From Planctomycetota bacterium (GTDB taxonomy: Bacteria; Planctomycetota; Phycisphaerae; UBA1845): 30,533 nucleotides of DNA. A program made the position numbers and the translations under genes. The notes below the pieces were generated by a model. That model was not told the DNA's origin. It did not search any database and was given only the letters and a program-made list of their open reading frames with translations. Below, in pieces: positions 1 through 8,891 of the stretch (positions are counted from its first letter, which is position 1; every line of letters starts with the position of its first letter). The DNA lies in NCBI GenBank assembly GCA_022561255.1, contig JADFRO010000001.1:1-30533 (forward strand), in the 5' to 3' direction.

Positions 1-124
1 CGATGCGAGGCCACGCGACATCGTCGTTGTCGGGGTCGGCGACAGTGTGGAGTGGGCGCACGCGCATCGGTCTCGATTTCGATGTCGCAGTGCTTCGTTT
101 CCTGGCTTTCTTTCGTTTGGCCAT
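1..124 (-). CDS. 5' end of an ORF running off the left edge; possibly the second module of a split UvrA
   Basis: Not in the ORF track; translated by hand from ATG at 124: MAKRKKARKRSTATSKSRPMRVRPLHTVADPDNDDVAWPRI..., open to the edge, with an in-frame TAA at 131-133 just upstream. The ending WPRI loosely resembles the W-x-x-I/V that precedes GAxxNNLK at the start of UvrA ABC module II (inference). Confidence 0.5.
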   Translation of the reverse strand, partial: MAKRKKARKRSTATSKSRPMRVRPLHTVADPDNDDVAWPRI

Positions 125-168
125 GTGTGGTTAATGTCGCCCACGAGCTTCGCTAGGCGAACCCCGTC

Positions 169-2118
169 TCAGTTCTTCTTCCGCGATCCTGCGGCCACGC
201 TGGTTTTCTTCCGCGTGATCGCCCGTCGTTTCTTGGGAATCTCGATCTCTTCTTCCCCGCGCAGGTATCGACCCGTTACGGATCGCTTGGTGCGCATGAT
301 TCGGTTGATGTCGCCCTGAGCGACGATCTCGCCGCCGTGGATTCCGGGTCCGGGGCCGAAATCCACGATCTCGTCGGCCATGCGCATCGTTTGCTCGTCG
401 TGCTCGACGACGATCACCGTATTGCCCAGGTCGCGCAGCCGGACGAGCGATTCGAGAAGCCGTCGGTTGTCGCGGGCGTGCAATCCGATGCTGGGTTCGT
501 CGAGAATGTACAGTACGCCGACCAACCCCGCGCCGATCTGGCTGGCCAGACGGATGCGCTGCGACTCACCGCCGGAAAGTGTCGGAGCGGTTCGATCCAG
601 CGCGAGGTACTCGAGGCCGACGTCGCAGAGAAAACCGAGCCGGCCGCGAACCTCTTTGAGCACTCCCTCCGCGATAAACTGCTCCGTTGGCGGAAGTCGC
701 AGCTCCTCGAAGAAACTGTGCGCGTCGGCAATGGACATGGCCGCCACTTCGTTGATGCTTTTTCCGCCGACCCGAACGGCGAGCGCCTGCGGGTTAAGCC
801 TGGCGCCTCTGCAGGCGGAGCAACTCGACTTCCGCATGAATCGTTCGTAGTAGGCTCGAACGAACGTAGATTTCGCTTTTCGATGTTTGTCACGGAGTTC
901 AGCGAGCACGCCCTTGAACGTTCCGCCGTGTCGCCATACGCCGCCGGACCAACGCCATTCATACGTTACGTGTGCATCTCCCAGGCCGTGGAGCAGCGCG
1001 TCTCGCGCCTTTTGCGGCAGCTTGCCCCACGGTTTGTCGATGTCGAACCCGACGTGGGTCGCGACACCGCGGTAGATGTGCCTCCGCCAGCGGCCCATGC
1101 GACCCCAAAAACGCATCGGATCGATGGCGTACTTGAAGAACGACTTTTTGGGGTCGAGCACGATCCGACCCGGATCGAAGTCGAACGTCGTACCCATACC
1201 GTCGCACGTCAGACACATGCCGGTCGGCGAGTTGAAACTAAAAAGCTGTGGTGACGGTGGCTCGAAGCTAACGTCGCAACGCATGCACGCGGCGTGAGAC
1301 GACAGCAGGAGGTCGTCAGCGGCGGTCTTGGCGGATCCTGCCGGACGCTTGCGGGTTCTCACCCTGGGTTTGTTCGGTTTGACGCCGACTTCTTCGCGTG
1401 GGGGCGTCGAAACGATCAGCGTACCGTCGCCGAGTTTGAGCGCCGCTTCGACAGCTTCTGCGAGACGAGCGCGAACCGTCGGCGAGATGACGATTCGATC
1501 GACGACAATCTCGATGTGGTGACGTATCTTTCGGGCTAGCTCCGGCGCCTCAGCGAGCTGAACGATCTCGCCGTCCACCCGAGCGCGGACGTACCCCTGC
1601 TTGATCATATCCTCAAACAGGTCACGGTATTCGCCCTTCTGCCCGCGAACGACCGGTGCGAGGATCACCGCCTTCGTGCCTGCGTCCAAGCTGAGAATCC
1701 GCGCCAGAATCTGCTCGCGTGACTGCGCTTCGATCGGCTTGGAACACTGCGGGCAGTACTGGCGCCCGACGCGTGCGAAGAGTACGCGCAGGTAATCGTG
1801 AATCTGCGTGATCGTTCCGACCGTGCTACGCGGGTTCCATCCGCTCGTTTTTTGTTGGATGGAAATCGCGGGGCTTAGGCCCGTGATTTGATCCACGTCG
1901 GGTTTGGCGAGTTGCCCGAGGAATTGGCGGGCGTACGAACTAAGCGATTCGAGGTAACGTCGCTGCCCCTCGGCGAAGAGTGTGTCGAACGCGAAACTGC
2001 TCTTGCCGCTGCCCGAAACGCCGGTAAAACATATGAGCTTACCATGCTCAAGTGTGATCGACACGTCGCGCAGATTGTGCTCACGCGCCCCCTTGACGGC
2101 GATCGTTCGTTCATCCAT
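169..2118 (-). CDS. uvrA: Excinuclease ABC subunit A, first ABC module only (649 aa)
   Basis: KGAREHNL start, Walker A GVSGSGKS, EGQRRYLESLSSYARQFL, Cys pairs (CPQC, CMRC, CLTC, CSAC), signature LSGGESQRIRLASQIG, Walker B YILDEPSIGLH, H-loop VVEHD. Stops at TGA 169-171 in the linker after TGRYLRG..IEIPKKRR, where module II normally follows. Confidence 0.95.
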   Translation of the reverse strand: MDERTIAVKGAREHNLRDVSITLEHGKLICFTGVSGSGKSSFAFDTLFAEGQRRYLESLSSYARQFLGQLAKPDVDQITGLSPAISIQQKTSGWNPRSTVGTITQIHDYLRVLFARVGRQYCPQCSKPIEAQSREQILARILSLDAGTKAVILAPVVRGQKGEYRDLFEDMIKQGYVRARVDGEIVQLAEAPELARKIRHHIEIVVDRIVISPTVRARLAEAVEAALKLGDGTLIVSTPPREEVGVKPNKPRVRTRKRPAGSAKTAADDLLLSSHAACMRCDVSFEPPSPQLFSFNSPTGMCLTCDGMGTTFDFDPGRIVLDPKKSFFKYAIDPMRFWGRMGRWRRHIYRGVATHVGFDIDKPWGKLPQKARDALLHGLGDAHVTYEWRWSGGVWRHGGTFKGVLAELRDKHRKAKSTFVRAYYERFMRKSSCSACRGARLNPQALAVRVGGKSINEVAAMSIADAHSFFEELRLPPTEQFIAEGVLKEVRGRLGFLCDVGLEYLALDRTAPTLSGGESQRIRLASQIGAGLVGVLYILDEPSIGLHARDNRRLLESLVRLRDLGNTVIVVEHDEQTMRMADEIVDFGPGPGIHGGEIVAQGDINRIMRTKRSVTGRYLRGEEEIEIPKKRRAITRKKTSVAAGSRKKN

Positions 2119-2258
2119 GACTCTTTGTCACCGGGTATTGTTTAGACGAACCCCGCCCCGGAGCGCACGTGCACCGAGTGCCCCATCCTGCATCGGTCGC
2201 GAACTCTTCGTCGATTCGCACCCCCCGGCTCAAAGCGCACACGCCCGATGCGAAGCCG

Positions 2259-2933
2259 TTATTCCTTTTGCACGCTGATTCGTCGGGGTGGCGGCGGACG
2301 AACCAAAGCTGTGCCCTGGACCGTACGCGTCGTCGGGTCGAATCCGAAGTGCAGCACGCGCCAAAGTCCCTTGTCCTGGGCGAGCCAGACGAGCAGGACC
2401 ACGCGGGCGTTTGGATCACCGGAGGGATCGTCAACCTCAAGGGCGAGCTCGCATTCCTTCGCTCCGTCCGAGGATCTTTCAATGGGGGTCATCGTACGGC
2501 GACGAAACCGCTTTCGCGCGCTTTCCCACGTTGCGCCGAAGTCTCCAACGTAATGCGATACGGTGGGTGTCCAGCGGTAGACGACGTTATGGACGAACTC
2601 GTCGCGCGTCAGGCTCCTACGATTGCGCGCCTGAATCTCATTCGCGGCGCACAGATCGAACTGTTTGTCCAACGCCTCTTCACGCTGGACCGCCGTCGTG
2701 GCGTTAAAATCCTCACGGATCGCCCGGAGGGCGGCGTAGGCGACTTGCTCCGGCGACGCGGTTTCATCCAGCCTCAATCCGAACAGCGAGACCGGACGCA
2801 CGACCACCGACCGAACCTTCTGGTCATCCAGATAGACGTCGCGAGCGCAGCCGCCTGCGATCGCCAGTGAAATACCTGCGGCGAAGAGAGCGACCGTAAC
2901 ACGGATGCGGTAAATCCCGGGCGGGCTTTTCAT
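2259..2933 (-). CDS. Hypothetical protein, probable lipoprotein (224 aa)
   Basis: Basic N-terminus, hydrophobic stretch VTVALFAAGISLAIA and lipobox-like AGGC; protein-like composition; co-directional upstream of uvrA. No family recognised. Confidence 0.7.
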   Translation of the reverse strand: MKSPPGIYRIRVTVALFAAGISLAIAGGCARDVYLDDQKVRSVVVRPVSLFGLRLDETASPEQVAYAALRAIREDFNATTAVQREEALDKQFDLCAANEIQARNRRSLTRDEFVHNVVYRWTPTVSHYVGDFGATWESARKRFRRRTMTPIERSSDGAKECELALEVDDPSGDPNARVVLLVWLAQDKGLWRVLHFGFDPTTRTVQGTALVRPPPPRRISVQKE

Positions 2934-3047
2934 ACGCGGAGTCTACCGCCGCCGTGCTCGCCTGCCAACGCATCCACGCGGTGTCTTCTTGTAGCCGCGC
3001 CGCGGCGGGGATACACTCCGCGCGAGCGTAGGGAGAGGTGGCTGGCG

Positions 3048-3569
3048 ATGGCTGAACGGAACGCGAACCTATGGGCCCCGTGGAGGATGGAGTACATCCG
3101 CTCCCTGGGTAATGACCTGACCGACGAAGGCTGCTTTCTTTGCCGCTACCTCGACAATCCCGCCGAGGACGAAACGAACCACGTCGTCTGGCGGTCACGG
3201 GGAACTATGGTGGTCATGAACCGCTTCCCCTATACCAACGGGCATCTTATGGTCGCCTTGGCTGACCACAGGGCAGAGCTTACCGACCTGACGGAAACGG
3301 AGCTTACGGGATTCACCATAGCGATCCGCGACGGCGTCAGCCTGCTACGCGGCACGATCAAGCCGCAAGGCTTTAACGTGGGCTACAACATCGGACAGTG
3401 TGCCGGAGCAGGGCTGCCAGGCCACTTGCACGCTCACATCGTTCCGCGTTGGGCAGGCGATACGAATTTCATGGCTGTCCTCGGCGACGTGCGTGTCGTA
3501 CCCGATGCGCTGGACGCGCTCTATGTGGAACTTGTTAAGCAGGCGACGGCGATGGGACTACGGTCGTAA
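3048..3569 (+). CDS. HIT-family nucleotide hydrolase/phosphorylase (Ap4A phosphorylase/FHIT-like)
   Basis: LWAPWRMEYI N-terminus, CFLC, NRFPYTNGHLMV, GFNVGYN, histidine triad HLHAHIVPRW, GDTNFM. GGAGAGG Shine-Dalgarno-like sequence upstream. Confidence 0.93.
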   Translation: MAERNANLWAPWRMEYIRSLGNDLTDEGCFLCRYLDNPAEDETNHVVWRSRGTMVVMNRFPYTNGHLMVALADHRAELTDLTETELTGFTIAIRDGVSLLRGTIKPQGFNVGYNIGQCAGAGLPGHLHAHIVPRWAGDTNFMAVLGDVRVVPDALDALYVELVKQATAMGLRS

Positions 3570-3644
3570 CCGCTTTATCAACCCGCCAACTTCGGACCCG
3601 TCTCCGGCGGATGTGCATGGGGTGTAGCCGTTTGGCGGCTGCGG

Positions 3645-5474
3645 TCAGCGGTTGGATTTGTTGGCGACGGTTGCGATGAGATTTTCGAGTTGTTGAGCGA
3701 GCCGGTTCGCCGGATCGGTCACGTCGCTACCCGGCTCATCCATTGCGCCCGCTGCGGACTGCTTATCCGATCCGGACTGCATGCGATCGGTCCGGCGCAC
3801 CATCTTGCGCAGGTCGGTCAGACTCGCGCGCGTGTTCGAGATGATTTGCTGCAGGGGTTCGCGACGGCGCGACCCGTTGTGTGCTGGCTTGGGCGAGGGC
3901 GTCGCGGTCGTTACAGGGACGGAGGCCTCTTTGACCAGGGTGGCCGGCATTCCCGCGAGCATTTGCGCCTGCGTCAGGCGGTTTAGACCCTGCGACAGTG
4001 CGTCTTGAACCTTACGTGAGCGATCGGTCAGAGCGCTGAGCTGGTCGTGAATTTCACGGGCGCAGCGTTGATCGCGCCGCCCGTCGCGAGAGGCTTTTTG
4101 AACACGATCGAGCAGCTCGATCAGTTCCGTAGCGACGGTCTTCACGGATCCCGACAGCTGGCGAAGTCGAACTTCGCGTTCCGCGAGATCCTTCGTTGCG
4201 GTCTCCACGCGGCCCAGTGTCGATTCGGCGTGCTGGACCGCGACGTGCAACCCGGACTTTGTGGTGCCGGCGCTGACCGACTCTTGCGAGTCCTTGCGAA
4301 GCTTGGCCTCAATCGCTTCGATTCGCCTGCTCGTGTCTGCAAGCTGCGAGCGATATGCGCCGGAGGGTTTGCCGTCGCCGAACGCCTCATTCCGCAGCTG
4401 CGCCGATCGTCGAAGAGCTGCGGCTGAGCCCGATCGCCGCATGGGTCGCCCCGCACTCCCCAGCGCGCCGCGCGTTGCGGGCACAAGCGGACGGGGCAGG
4501 GGCTGTGCGACGGGATAGTACCCGACGGCATAAGGGTTGGCCGGATAAGGGGGCGGTGGAGCTGGGGGGTAGGGTAGGGCGGCGCCCGCGAAACCCTGCT
4601 GCCCTGCTGCTTGTTGGGCCGGCCACACCGCTGAGTGAGGTGCCACACTCCCTTCGGAAATTTCTCCGGTGGACATCATCTGCGTAACGACCGACTCGAC
4701 GAGGCTTACATCGATCTCACGTTGATCGCATGAATAAGCGCTGAGCATAGCGTTGTCGCAGATCGTATTGATCAGGCGCGGCAGTCCGCGCGAGACTTCG
4801 TAGACCTTATCTATCGCGGACGCTCCGAACAAATCGACTCCCTTAGCACCAGCCACCGAAAGCCTGTAGCGGATGTATCCTTCCGTCGATTTTCGATCCA
4901 ATGCCGTCAGGTGGAAGGTGCGGAAGATCCGCTGTTTGAGCTGCCGCAGCTCCGGGGACTGGAACAGTCGCTGCAATTCCGGCTGACCGACGATCGCGAT
5001 TTGCAGGAGCTTGGCGTCGTCGGCTTCGAGGTTTCCGATCATGCGCAACTGCTCGAACGCGGCGATCGGAAGATTCTGCGCTTCGTCGAGCACGAGAACC
5101 ACCGGTATGTTCTGCGCGAACTTCGCCAATAGGAAATCGTGCAGCAGTCGCATCAGTTGGGTGTGGGTCATGCCCGATTCGACGGGTAGCTCGAACTCGG
5201 CACACAACGACTCCATCAGGTCGGCTGCACTGTGGAGCGAATGGTTGATGTTCGCAAATGCGATGTTGGTCTCGAAGCTGCGGAGCATCATCCGCGATAT
5301 AAGCGTTTTCCCGGCACCGACCTCGCCGGTCAGCAAGACAAAACCCTTCCGCTGCTGTACGGCGTAGACGAGTGAGGCGAGCGCCTCCTCATGGTCCGGT
5401 GTCGAATAGAAAAATCGCGGATCGGGTGTGTTGTTGAACGGCAACTCACGGAGTCCGAAGAAATCGGCATACAT
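3645..5474 (-). CDS. ExeA/GspA-like AAA ATPase with a long Pro-rich and coiled-coil C-terminal extension
   Basis: MYADFFGLRELPFNNTPDPRFFY start, Walker A GEVGAGKT, Walker B LVLDEAQNL, IVGQPEL, GLPRLINTICDNAML. This pattern is typical of ExeA-type and PEP-CTERM-locus ATPases. Confidence 0.88.
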   Translation of the reverse strand: MYADFFGLRELPFNNTPDPRFFYSTPDHEEALASLVYAVQQRKGFVLLTGEVGAGKTLISRMMLRSFETNIAFANINHSLHSAADLMESLCAEFELPVESGMTHTQLMRLLHDFLLAKFAQNIPVVLVLDEAQNLPIAAFEQLRMIGNLEADDAKLLQIAIVGQPELQRLFQSPELRQLKQRIFRTFHLTALDRKSTEGYIRYRLSVAGAKGVDLFGASAIDKVYEVSRGLPRLINTICDNAMLSAYSCDQREIDVSLVESVVTQMMSTGEISEGSVAPHSAVWPAQQAAGQQGFAGAALPYPPAPPPPYPANPYAVGYYPVAQPLPRPLVPATRGALGSAGRPMRRSGSAAALRRSAQLRNEAFGDGKPSGAYRSQLADTSRRIEAIEAKLRKDSQESVSAGTTKSGLHVAVQHAESTLGRVETATKDLAEREVRLRQLSGSVKTVATELIELLDRVQKASRDGRRDQRCAREIHDQLSALTDRSRKVQDALSQGLNRLTQAQMLAGMPATLVKEASVPVTTATPSPKPAHNGSRRREPLQQIISNTRASLTDLRKMVRRTDRMQSGSDKQSAAGAMDEPGSDVTDPANRLAQQLENLIATVANKSNR

Positions 5475-5757
5475 ACGGATACGCTCCGAACGGTCCGCGC
5501 AGGGCTGCCAACGCTAGGCGCAGGGTCGCTCGGGTGAAATATCGGTCTCGGGTGCCCCCGCCTTGAGACGCCCTGCTGATCTTCCCCTATCGTGAGCGCG
5601 CTCTTGGATTGGTTATCGGAGCTAGTAAGTCGCCGCCTCACATCGTCGCTCACGTCCGCGAAATGCCGTGTTTGTGGTTCAGGGACTCCCCCTGGCACCC
5701 GATAAACCGCCCATGAGAGCCGACACGCCGCACGTACGCGAGGTGTGCGGACGATCC

Positions 5758-6588
5758 ATGCCCGGCCGAGGTCCAAGCCGTCCGGTGCGATGGAGCCGTT
5801 CTATACCTGCGCGATGCACGCTTCACCCGGCCACGCTTGCCGTAACGCTTGCGTTAATGGGGATCGGGTGCGCCCCGAAGCGATCGGACATCCTCCACTT
5901 CCTGCGCGAGCACGAGCACGAGGTATCCGCCATCGAGTACCGGGTCGGAATTCCGGACGGAATCACCATTACCGCACCGCGGATCATGGAGATCGACGGC
6001 GAGGAGCAGCGGATTCGACCCGACGGGAAGATCAACCTCCGCTTGATCGGCGACGTCAAGGTCGTCGGGATGACGGCCAAGGAGATCGCCGCCAAACTCG
6101 AAGTGCTGGCAAGCCGGTACTACGTCGATCCCAAGGTGGGCGTGCGCGTCACCGGCTATCTGAGTAAAAAGTACTACCTCTACGGCGAGGGTATAAGCGT
6201 CGGACCCAGACCTTACACGGGCCGCGATACGTTGCTCGATGCAGTGATCCGCGCGGGCCCCGATTTTCGTTCCTGGACCAGCAGAGTCCGCGTCATTCGT
6301 CCGGCGCACGACGACATCCCGGTGCGCACCATTACCGTTAATGTCGACGCGATGATTAAGACGGGCGATTGGAGTAAGAACATTCTTCTTGAGCCCAACG
6401 ACATTGTTTATATTCCACCGACTCCGGGCGCATGGATCGGACAGCGCATGCGTGAAATTCTGTTGCCCATCGTTCCCGTGGCGCAGGCGTATACGCTACC
6501 GGCGCAGCTAGCGCGGCTCGGTGACGTGTACGACGACGATGCTAACAGCAGCGGCTTCATCGGCGCTGGCTTCTACGGCGGGTACTAG
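5758..6588 (+). CDS. Polysaccharide export lipoprotein (Wza/Poly_export + SLBB-like)
   Basis: Lipobox-like LMGIGC; EYRVGIPDGITI, IRPDGKINLRLIGDVKVVGMT, DPKVGVRV, LLEPNDIVYIP. Start chosen at ATG 5758 (the ORF track opens at 5668); start uncertain. Confidence 0.87.
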   Translation: MPGRGPSRPVRWSRSIPARCTLHPATLAVTLALMGIGCAPKRSDILHFLREHEHEVSAIEYRVGIPDGITITAPRIMEIDGEEQRIRPDGKINLRLIGDVKVVGMTAKEIAAKLEVLASRYYVDPKVGVRVTGYLSKKYYLYGEGISVGPRPYTGRDTLLDAVIRAGPDFRSWTSRVRVIRPAHDDIPVRTITVNVDAMIKTGDWSKNILLEPNDIVYIPPTPGAWIGQRMREILLPIVPVAQAYTLPAQLARLGDVYDDDANSSGFIGAGFYGGY

Positions 6589-6644
6589 GGGATCGCGGCA
6601 CTTGGCAGCCGCCTCGGCAACTTCTGCCGGGGGGACGGGACGAT

Positions 6645-7562
6645 ATGGGTAGGATCGCAGAAGCACTCAAGCGGGCGGAACAGGAGCGGCGCCGTGCCCT
6701 CGAAATGGGCGGGCAGACCGCACTTCTCGATGCACCGTCGGCGCGCGCGGTGACGCCGGTGGTTGTTCCGACGCGTGGTGACGGCCCGGTTGACCCGGGC
6801 GAAGAAGCCGTGAAGCTGACTGAGGGACTGTCGGAGTCGCTCGTTCCGTTTCACGAGCGGTCGTCGCTGGTGACGGAGCAGTACCGATCGTTGCGAACAC
6901 GCCTGCTGAGCAGCAACCCAAACTATGAGCACCGCATCATCGCGATTACCAGCGCTGTGCCCAAGGAGGGTAAAAGTGTAACGACGCTGAACCTGGGTTG
7001 CATTCTCGCGGAGATTCGCCATTTGAAAGTGCTCGTCGTTGACGGCGATTTCCGTCGAAGCTCGCTCGCGCAGATGCTCAATCAGCCGAGTGGACCCGGT
7101 TTGGCTGAGGTGCTGGACGGAAGCGCGACCTATGACGAAGTGATTCGATCGACACCGATTCCCAACCTAAGCTTTATGCCCGCCGGCAGTACGAACAATC
7201 GGTCCGCGGCCGAACTCCTGACCGCCGCGTCTGCCTCGTCCACCTTCCGTCGCATGCAAAACGAGTTTCACTACACAATCGTCGATACGCCGCCCGCCAC
7301 AACGGTTACGGACGTCGGGATCATTGGACAGATGTGCACCGGCGTTGTGGTCATCGTTCGACTTCACCGGACTCACGAGGCCGCTGCAAAACGCGCGGTG
7401 CGTCTGCTTCAGGTCAACAATATTCCGATCGTCGGTTGTCTGCTGGTCGGCCGTGACTCCCCCTTGGGCGGATACTACGGCTACGGCTACGGCTACCGAT
7501 ACAACTACTACCGTTATTTTAACTACTACACACACAAGGACGGTGAGGCCGACAAGACGTGA
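6645..7562 (+). CDS. CpsD/CapB-family bacterial tyrosine (BY) kinase, stand-alone cytoplasmic type
   Basis: EQYRSLRTRL, Walker A SAVPKEGKS, Walker A' VDGDFR, Walker B IVDTPP, C-terminal Tyr cluster YYGYGYGYRYNYYRYFNYY. No transmembrane segment visible. Confidence 0.92.
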   Translation: MGRIAEALKRAEQERRRALEMGGQTALLDAPSARAVTPVVVPTRGDGPVDPGEEAVKLTEGLSESLVPFHERSSLVTEQYRSLRTRLLSSNPNYEHRIIAITSAVPKEGKSVTTLNLGCILAEIRHLKVLVVDGDFRRSSLAQMLNQPSGPGLAEVLDGSATYDEVIRSTPIPNLSFMPAGSTNNRSAAELLTAASASSTFRRMQNEFHYTIVDTPPATTVTDVGIIGQMCTGVVVIVRLHRTHEAAAKRAVRLLQVNNIPIVGCLLVGRDSPLGGYYGYGYGYRYNYYRYFNYYTHKDGEADKT

Positions 7563-7649
7563 TTCTTAGGTGGATCACGAAACGGCGCACGGCCGTTGCG
7601 AACGGTGCGTGCGTGGCCATGTGGACCTGAGCAAGCATGAGCGCTATCC

Positions 7650-8891
7650 GTGATTGAGGGCCGATTGATTGTCTGTGTCGCGAGCAGTTGGGACTACGAT
7701 CCCACGAGCAAGCACCAGATCATGCGGATCCTCTCCGAGCGTAACGACGTTGTGTGGGTCAACTACCACGGTTCGCGTCGACCGGACATCACCCGGGCAG
7801 ATCTTCGATCGGCGTGGTCTGCCGTTCGACGAATCTCCAAAGGCGTACGTCGCGTCACGTCGTCCATGATTCAAGTAACCCCCCTCGTGATTCCCGGCGC
7901 GGCGCGCCCGTTGATGCAGAAGCTTCATCGGCGGATGCTGGTCGCACAGATTCGGCGTGCGATTCGCTCGATCGATCCGGATCGCAAAAAACCGTTGCAA
8001 GTGTGGTCGTTTGCGCCGGACGTTCCCTACCTTCAAGGAGCGTTCAACGAAGAGTGCTTCATTTACTACTGCGTCGACGACTACACGCAGTTCGAGGGAT
8101 TCGACGCCGAGCGGATTCGGTCGGCCGAAAACGAAACCATCGAGCGGGCGGACGTCGTTGTGACGACGTCGGATCAACTCCTCGCAACACGCAGCGTGAG
8201 GCGACCGGACACCGTTCTGGTTCGCCACGGTGTCGATTTCGACCACTTCGCCCGGGCGTGGCGGCAGACCCTGGATCTACCCACGGACATCGCCGAGATT
8301 CCTCGACCCATCTTCGGCTATTTCGGTTTGATTCACCATTGGGTCGATCAGGACTTGCTCTCCAAGGTCGCACGGGCGAGGCCTTACTATTCTTTCGTGA
8401 TCATCGGTGATTGTCAGGTGGATGTGTCCACCCTGCGTCGAATCCCCAATGTCATGCTTCTCGGGCGACGTGATTACGAACATCTTCCCGCGTACTGCGC
8501 GGCCTTCGACGCCGGTCTACTGCTTTTCAACCGAACGGAGATGACGAAAAGCGTCAACCCCATCAAGATGTATGAATATCTCGCCGCCGGTCTGCCGGTG
8601 ATCTCCACATCGATCCCAGAGGCGCTGCGCTACCTGGGTCCGATCCGCTTCGCCGATACGCCGGACGAGTTCGCCTGCGCTTGCGACGACGTCCTGGCGG
8701 ATTTCTCCGATCGGCGGCGCGAGACGATCAGCCGGACGGTTCAGAGCGAAACCTGGCGATCGCGCGTCGACGCGTTGTCGGAAATCGTGATGGGCCACGT
8801 GAACGGATCGCCGCGCACGCTGCCGCGGACCGGTGTAGAAAGATCCTCTTCCACCGGTCCCATCGCACTACCCGCAACCGCGATCGGATAG
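7650..8891 (+). CDS. GT-B fold glycosyltransferase (GT4-like)
   Basis: YYCVDDY, LVRHGVDFDHF, PIFGYFG, NPIKMYEYLAAGLPVIST; located within the Wza/kinase cluster. Confidence 0.87.
   Translation: MIEGRLIVCVASSWDYDPTSKHQIMRILSERNDVVWVNYHGSRRPDITRADLRSAWSAVRRISKGVRRVTSSMIQVTPLVIPGAARPLMQKLHRRMLVAQIRRAIRSIDPDRKKPLQVWSFAPDVPYLQGAFNEECFIYYCVDDYTQFEGFDAERIRSAENETIERADVVVTTSDQLLATRSVRRPDTVLVRHGVDFDHFARAWRQTLDLPTDIAEIPRPIFGYFGLIHHWVDQDLLSKVARARPYYSFVIIGDCQVDVSTLRRIPNVMLLGRRDYEHLPAYCAAFDAGLLLFNRTEMTKSVNPIKMYEYLAAGLPVISTSIPEALRYLGPIRFADTPDEFACACDDVLADFSDRRRETISRTVQSETWRSRVDALSEIVMGHVNGSPRTLPRTGVERSSSTGPIALPATAIG

Noticed and set aside
169-171. UGA as selenocysteine in uvrA
   Set aside because: The position is a linker rather than a Cys equivalent, the following hairpin lacks SECIS-like loop features, and the readthrough peptide does not resemble UvrA.
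337-1254. 305-aa plus-strand ORF, and similar long antisense ORFs such as 11984-12736, 17639-18322 and 23731-24642
   Set aside because: They lie opposite well-supported genes, have no motifs, and are the expected shadow frames in GC-rich DNA.
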